From positions 64,001 to 128,000 of the forward strand of contig JBBFKW010000009.1 in NCBI GenBank assembly GCA_037481835.1: 64,000 nucleotides of DNA, in the 5' to 3' direction. Below the pieces are notes generated by a model that was not told where the DNA came from, did not search any database, and saw nothing but the letters and a program-made list of their open reading frames with translations. The stretch is from Desulfosoma sp. GTDB taxonomy: Bacteria; Desulfobacterota; Syntrophobacteria; Syntrophobacterales; DSM-9756. The number at the start of each line of letters is the position of its first letter. The stretch's first letter is position 1. The position numbers were made by a program, and so were the translations under genes. Positions 26,381-35,548 of this stretch are shown here, one piece after another.

Positions 26381-28264
26381 ATGATGCTCACAAAGGATGA
26401 GATACAGGCGCGCACCATCACCGAAGACGGCCGGGTTTTTCTCGAAAAGGCCGCCCGAGACGGCCTTGAAACGGTTTGGGACCGCTACGAAGCCCAAAAG
26501 CCGCAATGCGGCTTTTGCGAACTGGGGCTGAGTTGCCGCAATTGCTCCATGGGGCCGTGCCGGATCGACCCCTTCGGGGACGGGCCGCAGCGCGGCGTGT
26601 GCGGCGCCGATGGGGACATCATCGTAGCCCGGAATTTGGGGCGCATGATCGCCGCCGGATCGGCGTCCCATTCCGATCACGGCCGGGACCTGGTGGAAGT
26701 GCTCCGAAAAGTCGGTGAAGGCCGCGCTCCGGGATACACCATCCGCAGCCCGGAAAAGCTCAAGAAGGTGGCCGCGGAATTTGGGATCCCCTCCGACGGC
26801 AAGACGCCCGAAGCCCTGGCGGTGGAGCTGGCCCATGCCATGGAGGAGGAATTCGGCACCCGCAAGAAAGCCCTGACGTTTCTCGGCAGGCTCCCCGAAA
26901 AGCGGCGGGCCCTCTGGGAAAAACTGGGGATCACCCCCCGGGGCATCGATCGGGAAACGTCGGAAATGATGCACCGCACCCACATGGGTGTGGACAACGA
27001 CTGGCAAAGCCTGCTCTTGCACGGCTTGCGCAATGCCCTTTCCGACGGGTGGGGAGGATCCCTCATCGCCACGGAGGTTTCCGATATTCTGTTCGGCATC
27101 CCGCAGCCGGTTTCGTCCGAAGTCAACCTGGGCGTGTTGAAACCGGACCAGGTGAACATCATCCTTCACGGCCACAACCCCATCGTCTCTGAGATGATTT
27201 TCGAGGCGGCCCAGGATGGGGAACTCACGGCGCTGGCGTCTCAAAAGGGGGCGGCCGGCATCAACCTGGCCGGCCTGTGCTGCACGGGCAACGAACTCCT
27301 CATGCGCCGAGGCATTCCCATGGCGGGCAACCACCTCATGACGGAACTGGCCTTGAGCACCGGGCTTGTGGACATGATGCTCGTGGATTACCAGTGCATC
27401 ATGCCGGCCCTGGGAGAAATCGCCAGGTGTTACCACACGCTCATGGTCTCCACGAGCGACAAGGCCAAGTACCCGCACATGGTTCACCACGAGTTCCATC
27501 CGGAAACGGCCCGGGAAAAGGCTCGGGACCTGGTGCGGCAAGCGGTGGAAAATTTCACTCGGCGCATCCCCGCCAAGATCCTCACCCCGCCCAACACCCC
27601 GACGAAAATGATGGCCGGATTCAGTGTGGAAGCCATCCTGGCGGCTCTCGGCGGAAGCCCGACCCCGCTGATCGAGGCCATCAAATCCGGAGCGGTCCAG
27701 GGCGCCGTCGGGGTCGTGGGGTGCAACAACCCCAAAATCCGACACGACTTCGGCCATGTGACCCTGACCCGACGGCTGATCGAAAACGATATCCTCGTCG
27801 TGGACACGGGCTGCGCCGCCGTCGCCCATGCCAAAGCCGGCCTCAAGGTCCCCGAAGCCGCGGCTCAGGCGGGACCGGGCTTGCGGCAGGTGTGTGCGGC
27901 CCTGGGCATCCCGCCGGTCCTGCACATGGGCAGCTGTGTGGATAACGTGCGCATCCTGGACTTGGCCGCCGCCCTTGCCAACACCTTGGGGACGGACATT
28001 TCGGACCTTCCCTTGGCCGCCGCCGCCCCCGAATGGTACTCGGAAAAGGCCGTCTCGATCGCCTGTTACGCCGTGGCCTCCGGCGTGTTCACGGTGCTCG
28101 GCACCCCACCGCCCATTTTCGGCAGCCCCAAGATCGTCAAGCTCCTCACGGAAGATATCCGGGGCCTTCTGGGCGCCTCCTTCGCCGTGGAACCCGATCC
28201 GGAAAAAGCGGCGGGCCTCATCGTGGACCACATCCGCCAGAAGAGGAAAGCTCTCGGGCTTTGA
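26381..28264 (+). CDS. cooS: Anaerobic [NiFe] carbon-monoxide dehydrogenase catalytic subunit
   Basis: QCGFCELGLSCRNCSMGPC, HSDH, HGHNP, CCTGNE, DYQC, GCNN, TGC, GSCVDN, SEKA; all C-cluster ligands present. Confidence 0.97.
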   Translation: MMLTKDEIQARTITEDGRVFLEKAARDGLETVWDRYEAQKPQCGFCELGLSCRNCSMGPCRIDPFGDGPQRGVCGADGDIIVARNLGRMIAAGSASHSDHGRDLVEVLRKVGEGRAPGYTIRSPEKLKKVAAEFGIPSDGKTPEALAVELAHAMEEEFGTRKKALTFLGRLPEKRRALWEKLGITPRGIDRETSEMMHRTHMGVDNDWQSLLLHGLRNALSDGWGGSLIATEVSDILFGIPQPVSSEVNLGVLKPDQVNIILHGHNPIVSEMIFEAAQDGELTALASQKGAAGINLAGLCCTGNELLMRRGIPMAGNHLMTELALSTGLVDMMLVDYQCIMPALGEIARCYHTLMVSTSDKAKYPHMVHHEFHPETAREKARDLVRQAVENFTRRIPAKILTPPNTPTKMMAGFSVEAILAALGGSPTPLIEAIKSGAVQGAVGVVGCNNPKIRHDFGHVTLTRRLIENDILVVDTGCAAVAHAKAGLKVPEAAAQAGPGLRQVCAALGIPPVLHMGSCVDNVRILDLAAALANTLGTDISDLPLAAAAPEWYSEKAVSIACYAVASGVFTVLGTPPPIFGSPKIVKLLTEDIRGLLGASFAVEPDPEKAAGLIVDHIRQKRKALGL

Positions 28265-28288
28265 AGAATTCCGCTGAGGGAGTCCGCT

Positions 28289-28834
28289 ATGGAACAAAGC
28301 GTGAAAGAAAGGGTGATGGTGCGACTGGAGCGGTGCGTCGGGTGCCGTTCGTGCGAAATGGCATGTCGGGTGGCTCATTCCCGAGGCGGCACCCTTTTGG
28401 CCGCCGTGTGTGAGGAACCCAGACCCTCACGGCGGATCTTCGTGGAACAGGCGGCGGACAGCCCGGTCCCTTTTCTCTGCCGCCATTGTGAAGATGCGCC
28501 GTGCGTGCGCTGCTGCCCCACGGGGGCCTTGGCCTTCGACGAAGACAGCCGCCTGGTAATCTACACGGGGCAGCGGTGTATCGGCTGCCATGCGTGCATC
28601 ATGGCCTGTCCATTCGGAGTCATCCAAACCGGTGGAGGCGACGGGTACGTGGTCAAGTGCGATCGATGTCCGGGACGGGATCTGCCGGCGTGCGTGGAAG
28701 CCTGCCCCACCCAGGCTTTGGTGTTGGAAGGCCGCTTCGTTTCCGATCGGCGCCGCCGCACTGCGGCCCGGTTCGTGGAGGCCGCCCGCGGGGCCCCGCA
28801 CGTGGAAGACATGCTCGCGTCAGGGAGCCCTTAG
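28289..28834 (+). CDS. cooF: 4x[4Fe-4S] electron-transfer protein (CooF)
   Basis: CVGCRSCEMAC, CRHCEDAPCVRCCP, CIGCHACIMACP, KCDRC...CVEACP; directly after cooS. Confidence 0.9.
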   Translation: MEQSVKERVMVRLERCVGCRSCEMACRVAHSRGGTLLAAVCEEPRPSRRIFVEQAADSPVPFLCRHCEDAPCVRCCPTGALAFDEDSRLVIYTGQRCIGCHACIMACPFGVIQTGGGDGYVVKCDRCPGRDLPACVEACPTQALVLEGRFVSDRRRRTAARFVEAARGAPHVEDMLASGSP

Positions 28835-28839
28835 ACCCC

Positions 28840-30906
28840 ATGAACGCCGCGCCCCCCGTTCGCACCGTGTGCCCGTACTGCGCCGTCGGCTGCCACCTGG
28901 ACCTTCTCGTGGAAAACGGCCGGGTCGCCGGGTTGGAACACGCCGTGGATTCCCCCGTGAACGGCGGCCGTCTTTGCGCCAAAGGCCATGCAGCCTTGGA
29001 AATTGTCAACCACCCCGATCGGCTGCAGAACCCCCTGCAGCGGTCGGCTTCCGGATGGGTGCCCGTTTCGTGGGACCGCGCCTTGGATACGGCGGCGGAA
29101 CGAATCCGGAACATCCTGGCCGCCCATGGCCCTGAGGCTCTCGCTTTTTTGTCCACGGCCAAAGGGTCCAACGAGGAAAACTATCTGGTCCAAAAGCTCG
29201 CCCGAGCTCTCGGGTCCAACAATGTGGACCACTGCGCCCGACTGTGCCATGCCAGCACACTTACCGGCCTCGGGCCCATGCTCGGCATGGGGGCGGCGAC
29301 CAATGCGCTGTCGGATCTTCGCCAATCCGAGTGCCTCTTCTTTGTGGGATCTAACCTGGCCGAAAACCACCCCGTGGCCTTCCGATGGGTGCAGGAGGCC
29401 AAGGACAGAGGAGCGCGGATTCTCGTGGCCGATCCTCGGCGCACCCCCACCGCCTGGATCGCGGACCTTCACCTGCCGCTCAAACCCGGAACAGACCTCG
29501 CCCTTCTCGCCGGCATGCTCCATGTGATTTTTCAGGAAGGGCTTCAAGACGACGCCTTCATCGCCCGTAGGACTCGAGGCGTGGAGGCCCTGCGCGCTTC
29601 CGTTCAGCACACCGACCCGCTGTGGGCGGCGCGCATCACGGGCGTGCCCGCCCGCGACATCGTCCGGGCCGCACGCCTGTATGCCAAAGCCCGCCGAGCG
29701 TCGCTTATCTATTGCATGGGCGTGACCCAACATGTGCACGGCACCGAAACCGTCCGCGCCTGCGCCGATCTCGCTTTGGTCACGGGTCACATAGGCCGGG
29801 CGGGATCGGGCCTGTTTCCGGTGCGCGGTCAGGACAACGTCCAGGGGGCGTGCGACATGGGCGCTTTGAGCGGCCTGCTGCCCGGCTATCGGCCGGTAAC
29901 AGATCCGGACGCTCGCACTTTCTTCGAAAAAGCCTGGGGATTGCCCTCCGGAACCTTGGCCGCCGCCCCCGGCCTTACGGTGACCGAAATGGAACAGGCC
30001 GCGGGGCACAGGGTTCGCGGCCTCATCGCCATCGGGGAAAACCCCGTGGTGACCAGCCCGGATAGCCGAAGGACCAGGGAAAACCTGAAGCGCTTGGATT
30101 TCCTCCTGGTCGTGGACCTCTTTTTGACGGAAACGGCCGAACTGGCCCACTTGGTGCTCCCAGCCGCCGCCTGGGCGGAAAAAAGCGGTTCCCGGACCAA
30201 CACGGATCGACGCGTCCAATGGTCGCCGAAAGCCGTCGATCCTCCTGGGGAAGCCCGACCCGACTGGAAGATCATCACGGACCTGGCCCACCGACTGGGA
30301 TGGGACTCCTTTTTCCCGTACGGTTCTCCGGAAGACATTCTCGAAGAAATCCGCCGGGTGGTGCCCGCTTACGGGGGCATGAGCCCCCGGCGGCTTGCGA
30401 CGGCCGCCGAAGGCATTCCCTGGCCGTGTCCGGATGAGACCCATCCCGGCACGCCGGTTCTCCACGAACATCGTTTCGCCACGGAAGACGGCTTGGCCCG
30501 TCTTTACCCCATAGAGTTCCTGGAGGCGCCCGAGCTTCCCGACGCCGATTTTCCCTATTGCCTGACCACCGGCCGTGTGACCCTCCATTACAACAGCGGC
30601 GCCATGACCCGGCGCAGCCCCAGCCTGGCGTCCCGCTCCCCGTACCTTTTCGTGGAAATCCATCCGGAAGACGCCGCACGGGAAGGGCTCCACCATGGAG
30701 ACCGGGTGCGCGTCGTGACCCGCCGAGGCGCCCTGGAAGCGCAGGCGCACATCACCGGCAGCGTCAGCCGTGGTGTCGTCTTCGCGCCTTTTCACTTTCC
30801 CGAAACCAATGCCCTCACCCAGAACGTGCTCGATCCGTCCGCCAAAATCCCCGAATTTAAAACCGCGGCCTGCCGACTGGAAAAAGTGAAAGGGGCCGGA
30901 CCATGA
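28840..30906 (+). CDS. fdhF: Cytoplasmic Mo/W formate dehydrogenase alpha subunit (FdhF type, Cys form)
   Basis: CPYCAVGC...C cluster, NNVDHCARLCH active site, GVTQH, RGQDNVQG, C-terminal molybdopterin-binding domain (TTGR...PEFK); no Tat signal. Confidence 0.9.
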   Translation: MNAAPPVRTVCPYCAVGCHLDLLVENGRVAGLEHAVDSPVNGGRLCAKGHAALEIVNHPDRLQNPLQRSASGWVPVSWDRALDTAAERIRNILAAHGPEALAFLSTAKGSNEENYLVQKLARALGSNNVDHCARLCHASTLTGLGPMLGMGAATNALSDLRQSECLFFVGSNLAENHPVAFRWVQEAKDRGARILVADPRRTPTAWIADLHLPLKPGTDLALLAGMLHVIFQEGLQDDAFIARRTRGVEALRASVQHTDPLWAARITGVPARDIVRAARLYAKARRASLIYCMGVTQHVHGTETVRACADLALVTGHIGRAGSGLFPVRGQDNVQGACDMGALSGLLPGYRPVTDPDARTFFEKAWGLPSGTLAAAPGLTVTEMEQAAGHRVRGLIAIGENPVVTSPDSRRTRENLKRLDFLLVVDLFLTETAELAHLVLPAAAWAEKSGSRTNTDRRVQWSPKAVDPPGEARPDWKIITDLAHRLGWDSFFPYGSPEDILEEIRRVVPAYGGMSPRRLATAAEGIPWPCPDETHPGTPVLHEHRFATEDGLARLYPIEFLEAPELPDADFPYCLTTGRVTLHYNSGAMTRRSPSLASRSPYLFVEIHPEDAAREGLHHGDRVRVVTRRGALEAQAHITGSVSRGVVFAPFHFPETNALTQNVLDPSAKIPEFKTAACRLEKVKGAGP

Positions 30907-31442
30907 ACGCTTTTCTTCACGTGGACTTTCGGCGCTGCACGGGATGTTTCGCCTGCGAGGCGGCTTGCCGAACGGCCCATGGCGGCGCCTGCCGCGTTCA
31001 CCTGGCCTTCGCCGACGGGCTTCCCGTCCCTCTCATGTGCCGCCAGTGTGAAAACAGTCCCTGCGCCGCCGTGTGCCCGGAAGAGGCCCTGGTTTGGGAT
31101 AAAACCCATGGAGTGGTTCTCCTCGTCGAACGATGCACCCGATGCGGCCTGTGCGCCGTCGCCTGCCCTTTCGGGGTATTGAGCGTCGATCCTTTTGGTC
31201 GGCCGAACGTCGTCAAGTGCGACCTGTGCCTGGGTCGCCGCGCCGAAGGAAAACGCCCGGCCTGCGTGCTCACTTGCCCGACGGAGGCCATCACCGACGA
31301 ACCGGACCGTCCTCTGAAGCGCCGTCGCCTCGCCGGGTCGGTTCCGCCTATCGCCGCGCGTCCGTTTTCCGAGAGCCTCCCCGCTCCGATGGGAAAGGAA
31401 GGCGGGGTTCAGGGAGGCTTCAGGGGGAAAAATCCGCGATGA
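30903..31442 (+). CDS. 4x[4Fe-4S] protein (FdhB/HycB-like)
   Basis: Four ferredoxin-type Cys clusters; ATGA overlap with fdhF. Confidence 0.9.
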   Translation: MNAFLHVDFRRCTGCFACEAACRTAHGGACRVHLAFADGLPVPLMCRQCENSPCAAVCPEEALVWDKTHGVVLLVERCTRCGLCAVACPFGVLSVDPFGRPNVVKCDLCLGRRAEGKRPACVLTCPTEAITDEPDRPLKRRRLAGSVPPIAARPFSESLPAPMGKEGGVQGGFRGKNPR

Positions 31443-31897
31443 AAGAGACTCCAGCCGATCGACGGCTCATCATCGATTTGGAAAAATGCTTCGGGTGTTT
31501 TGCGTGCGCCGCTGCATGCCCGGAAAAGCACATCGCTTTTACGGACCATGAAGGGCTGCGGCGTTTTAGGGCTCCGAGCTTGTGTGGCGCGCAATGCGAC
31601 GCATGCCGAAAGGCCTGTCCCGTGGACGCCATCGTTTTGGAAGAGGTGGCTTCCGAAGAGCCACGACCAGCTCTGATCGAGCTCACATGGGGTCTTCCTT
31701 TGACGCGGTGCCGCACGTGCGGTGAGGCGTTCACCACGGAAAAGATCCGCCAAAGCCTCTCGGACAAACTGGCCGCGCTCCTGGGATCCGCGGACCTTGC
31801 CCTCGACCGGATCCCCCTGTGCCCTTCGTGCCGTCGCGACGATGAAGCCCAACGGATGCGATCCGCCACGCGAACCTTGCCCGATCCCCTGCCCTGA
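31439..31897 (+). CDS. [4Fe-4S] dicluster protein with extra CxxC...CxxC site
   Basis: MKETPADRR...CFGCFACAAACP...CGAQCDACRKACP...CRTC...CPSC; ATGA overlap with the previous gene. Confidence 0.85.
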   Translation: MKETPADRRLIIDLEKCFGCFACAAACPEKHIAFTDHEGLRRFRAPSLCGAQCDACRKACPVDAIVLEEVASEEPRPALIELTWGLPLTRCRTCGEAFTTEKIRQSLSDKLAALLGSADLALDRIPLCPSCRRDDEAQRMRSATRTLPDPLP

Positions 31898-32194
31898 AGT
31901 TTTGAGTTTCGTTTTTTGCTGCCTCCGACACACGATCTCGGACACGCTCCCAGGAGCCTGTCCGAGAAGGGCTTTTCCCCTGAAAGGGGCAGGAAGGGCG
32001 CATCGGTTTTCGCGGCACCGTGCGCGAGAGCGGCCCCATGGACTACGGGCGTCGCGCCCGCCTCTTATGCCGACAGTTGGACACACTTCATGCCGCGCAT
32101 GGCATCACTTCTTCCTCAATGCGCCTATGGCAAAACCACCTCCCATGGCGTTGCGGGGCTCAGAGGTGCGTGCAGGAAGAATGCGGCGCTTGGC

Positions 32195-32219
32195 GGGCGG
32201 GGATAAACCCCGCCCCTAC
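32195..32219 (-). repeat. GTAG-type REP-like palindrome
   Basis: Minus strand reads GTAG-GGGCGGGG-TTTAT-CCCCGCCC. Confidence 0.6.
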
Positions 32220-32347
32220 CCAAGAACCGTTCTTGTACCCCTTCCCAAGACCTCAATATGTTCTCGTACGGACAGGCTTTATGCGCTTCCCAAGATCTCA
32301 ATCCTTTCTCATTGGCGGTCGGGTTTTGTGCCCGCCCCAGAATGGGC

Positions 32348-32376
32348 TTGACACGGCCGCTTTCATTTTCTACTTA
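32348..32376 (+). promoter_or_regulatory. Putative sigma70 promoter of the IclR-kce-liv operon
   Basis: TTGACA-N17-TACTTA. Confidence 0.5.
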
Positions 32377-32430
32377 GCAGAACCAGTGCTTGCATCGCGA
32401 AATTTTGTGGACTCTGAGGGAGTAAAACCA

Positions 32431-33261
32431 ATGGCGCCGAAGCTGTCGATCGTCGAGGATCCATCCAGGACCTTCATCCAGTCCCTATCCCGGGGCATGG
32501 CGGTCTTGGAAGCCCTGTCCCAGGCCGAACGGCCCCTCAACCTCACGGAAATCGCCGACGCCGTGGGGCTCAACAAGGTGACCGTCTCCCGGTTTTGTTA
32601 CACCTGGGTGCGCCTGGGCTACGTGCACCGAACGCCGGACAAGCACTACCAGTTGGCCCCCAAGATGCTCAGCCTCGGCTATGCGGCCTTGAGCCGCATG
32701 GACATCCGGCAGGTGGGAGAGCCTTACCTCCAGGAGTTGTCCCGGCGACTGGGCGAAACGGTCAACATGGCCGTCCTGGACGGTCTGGACATTCTCTACG
32801 TGGACCGTTACGTCACGGAGCCGATCATGAAGCACCCCCTGCACATCGGGGCGCGGCTTCCGGTCTATTGCACGTCCATGGGCAAGGCCATGGCAGCCTT
32901 TCTTCCGACCAAGGAGCGGGAGGACCTTATCAAACGCCTCCATTTTTATGCCCTGACCCATCGCACGATCCTGTCCGCGGAAGCCTTCCGCACCGAGCTG
33001 GAGTTGGTGCGAAGCCGCGGCTATGCCGTTAACGATGAAGAACTTTCCGTGGGGCTGCGTTCCATCGCCGTCCCCGTTTTGAGGCGGGGATATCCTGTGG
33101 CGGCCGTCAACGTGGCCGTGCCGACGATCCGCTACACGGTGGACCAGCTCGTGGAACGATGCCTGCCGGCCCTCAAGGAAACGGCCCAGACCATTGCGGA
33201 GCTTTTGAGCAAGCAGCTTGTCGTTAAAAGGGTTTCCCGACGTTCCGAGGTCGCCCGATGA
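32431..33261 (+). CDS. IclR/PcaR-family transcriptional regulator
   Basis: FIQSLSRGMAVL HTH, GETVN, GARLPVYCTSMGKA, GYAVNDEE. Confidence 0.92.
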   Translation: MAPKLSIVEDPSRTFIQSLSRGMAVLEALSQAERPLNLTEIADAVGLNKVTVSRFCYTWVRLGYVHRTPDKHYQLAPKMLSLGYAALSRMDIRQVGEPYLQELSRRLGETVNMAVLDGLDILYVDRYVTEPIMKHPLHIGARLPVYCTSMGKAMAAFLPTKEREDLIKRLHFYALTHRTILSAEAFRTELELVRSRGYAVNDEELSVGLRSIAVPVLRRGYPVAAVNVAVPTIRYTVDQLVERCLPALKETAQTIAELLSKQLVVKRVSRRSEVAR

Positions 33262-34079
33262 AGAAGCTCGTCATCACTGTCGCCCCGACGGGTTCTTTGC
33301 CCACCAAGGCCAAAACGCCCCACGTGCCCATTACGCCTCAGGAAATCGTCGAGTGCGCGCTGCGCTGTGAATCGGCGGGAGCGGCCGTTGTGCACGTCCA
33401 CGTTCGCGATCCCCAGACCCAGGCCCCTTCGCCGCGTTACGACCTGTTTGAGGAAGTTATGGAAGGGCTTCGGGCCCGATCCCGGCTGATCGTCCAGATT
33501 TCTACCGGCGGACGGGCAGGAATGGGCTATGAGGAACGCAGCGACCGGTTGAGGCTGCGCCCCGAAATGGCGAGCTTGACCACGGGGTCCGTCAACTTTC
33601 CCGATTCCGTCTATATCAACGGCCCCGATCTCATCGATAAACTGGCCGCCGACATGCTCCGATACGGCATCAAGCCGGAGATGGAAATCTTCGATACGAG
33701 CATGATCGCCAACGCGCTGGACCTGGCGGCTCGGGGGCTGGCTCGCCTGCCTCTCCATTTCAATTTCGTCATGGGCCTCAAGGGCGCCATTCCGGCCACG
33801 GCGGAAAATCTCATGCATCTTAAGAGCAGCATTCCGTCCGACGCCACCTGGACCGTATCGGGCATCGGCGCCGCGCAGTTGCCCATGAATGTTTTGGGCA
33901 TCGTCCTGGGAGGTCACGTCCGCGTCGGTCTGGAAGACAACATTTACTACCGCAAAGGGGAACTGGCCTCCAACGAACAGCTGGTGGAACGGATCGTGCG
34001 GATCGCCCGGGAAGTGGGCCGCGAGGTGGCCACACCCGATGAGGCGCGATCCATTCTCGGGTTGGGTATGACATCGTGA
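33258..34079 (+). CDS. Beta-keto acid cleavage enzyme (Kce/DUF849 BKACE family)
   Basis: ITVAPTG, PITPQEI, GAAVVHVHVRD, STGG, PEMASL, KPEMEIFD, HVRVGLEDN. Confidence 0.9.
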   Translation: MKKLVITVAPTGSLPTKAKTPHVPITPQEIVECALRCESAGAAVVHVHVRDPQTQAPSPRYDLFEEVMEGLRARSRLIVQISTGGRAGMGYEERSDRLRLRPEMASLTTGSVNFPDSVYINGPDLIDKLAADMLRYGIKPEMEIFDTSMIANALDLAARGLARLPLHFNFVMGLKGAIPATAENLMHLKSSIPSDATWTVSGIGAAQLPMNVLGIVLGGHVRVGLEDNIYYRKGELASNEQLVERIVRIAREVGREVATPDEARSILGLGMTS

Positions 34080-34147
34080 GACGCGTTGTGGGGTGTGGGA
34101 TTCCTCGCACCCCTTTGTGTGTAGGCCCATAAGGAAGGAGGTTTGGG

Positions 34148-35338
34148 ATGGTCTGGAAAAAAGTGTTGACGGTGCCGGTGGTTCTTGGGCTGTGCCTGGC
34201 AGGTTTTTTTTCCGCGCAGGCGGCGGAGACGATCAAGGTCGGGGTTGTGGGGCCGCGCACGGGGCCGGCGGCGGCCACAGGCACCGCTTTTGAAGAAGGA
34301 ATCGCCCTCGCCCTGGATGTGATCAACGGCGAACAGGGCGGCGTTCTGGGCAAGAAGATGGAAGTGGTCTTTGAAGATACGGGCGGCACCCCGGAAAAGG
34401 CCGCTTCTGGTTTTGAAAAGCTTATCACTAAGGACCAGGTGGTGGTGACCGTGGGCGAAAGCCATTCGTCGTGCGCCCTGGCGGAAGTGCCCATCGCCGA
34501 CCGTTACAAACACCCGCTCATCATCGCCGAAGCCTGGGCCGACGACATCACGGCCAAGAATTCCCGCTACGTCTTTCGAGCCGGCCCGTGCAACAGCGGC
34601 GTCGTCAAGGACAATCTGCTGGGCTTCGTCAAGGATTACGGCTTCAAGCGCGTGGCCATCGTGGCGGAAAACACCGATTGGGGCCTGGGCATCAAGAAGC
34701 TGGCCGAAGACGGCCTCAAAGCCATGGGCGTGGAATACATGACGGTGGAAACGGAGCGCCAGAGCCAGGATCATTACACGGAACTGAACAAGATCGCGGC
34801 GTTCCAGCCGGATCTCGTTTTGGCTTTCATTTATGGGTTCGGTGTCCATTATTTCATCGCCCAAGCCAACGAAACGGGCCTGTTCCCGAAAAAAGCCCTG
34901 ATTCTCGAAGGAGCCGGCCCGCCGAGCCTGTGGCCCGAGTTCTGGCAGAACGTGGGGGATGCGGGCAATCTGGAGCTTTTCCTGTCCCGGATGCACGCCA
35001 AGGTGGACTTTAACCCGGTGTCGAAAAAATTCCGGGAGGCCTACACGAAGAAATTCGGGAAAGAGCCCACCGATTACAAGTCCCGCTCCATTTATGACGT
35101 GCTGCTCGTCGCCGCTGATGCGCTGCGTCGAGCCGGATCCACGGACAGCGAAAAGGTCGTGGACGCTCTGGAAAAGACCAAACTGGAAGTGGGCAGCGGC
35201 GTGGTCCAGTTCGGTTTGGAAAAGGGCGATTATCGATACCACCAGTGGCAGCCGCCCATGCTCATCGTGCAATGGCAAAACAAGGAGCAAGTGGTGGTCT
35301 ATCCCACGAACGTCAAGACGGGTGAGCTGAAAAAGTAA
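34148..35338 (+). CDS. Branched-chain-amino-acid-type ABC transporter substrate-binding protein
   Basis: Signal peptide, IKVGVVGPRTG, INGEQGGVLG, ENTDWG. Confidence 0.9.
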   Translation: MVWKKVLTVPVVLGLCLAGFFSAQAAETIKVGVVGPRTGPAAATGTAFEEGIALALDVINGEQGGVLGKKMEVVFEDTGGTPEKAASGFEKLITKDQVVVTVGESHSSCALAEVPIADRYKHPLIIAEAWADDITAKNSRYVFRAGPCNSGVVKDNLLGFVKDYGFKRVAIVAENTDWGLGIKKLAEDGLKAMGVEYMTVETERQSQDHYTELNKIAAFQPDLVLAFIYGFGVHYFIAQANETGLFPKKALILEGAGPPSLWPEFWQNVGDAGNLELFLSRMHAKVDFNPVSKKFREAYTKKFGKEPTDYKSRSIYDVLLVAADALRRAGSTDSEKVVDALEKTKLEVGSGVVQFGLEKGDYRYHQWQPPMLIVQWQNKEQVVVYPTNVKTGELKK

Positions 35339-35548
35339 GGGCGCTCGGGCGGGCGGCGCGCCCGCCCGTCCCCACCCGGCGCACCGTCATGGCCGGCGTA
35401 GGGGAATCGCAGCCGAGGTTGTGCCCACAGGTTCACATCCTAGGGCCGGCTTGCCGGCCCTAGGGTCCGCGGCCAAGGCCGATCCGACAAACAGCCACCA
35501 AGAAGGCTCTTTCGCGTTCAATCGACGGTTCGCAGAGGAACTTCGCGC

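Noticed and set aside
26297..28378. Long antisense ORFs (693 aa here; also 28831-30795, 3844-5409, 8657-10105)
   Set aside because: Typical high-GC shadow frames opposite well-supported genes.
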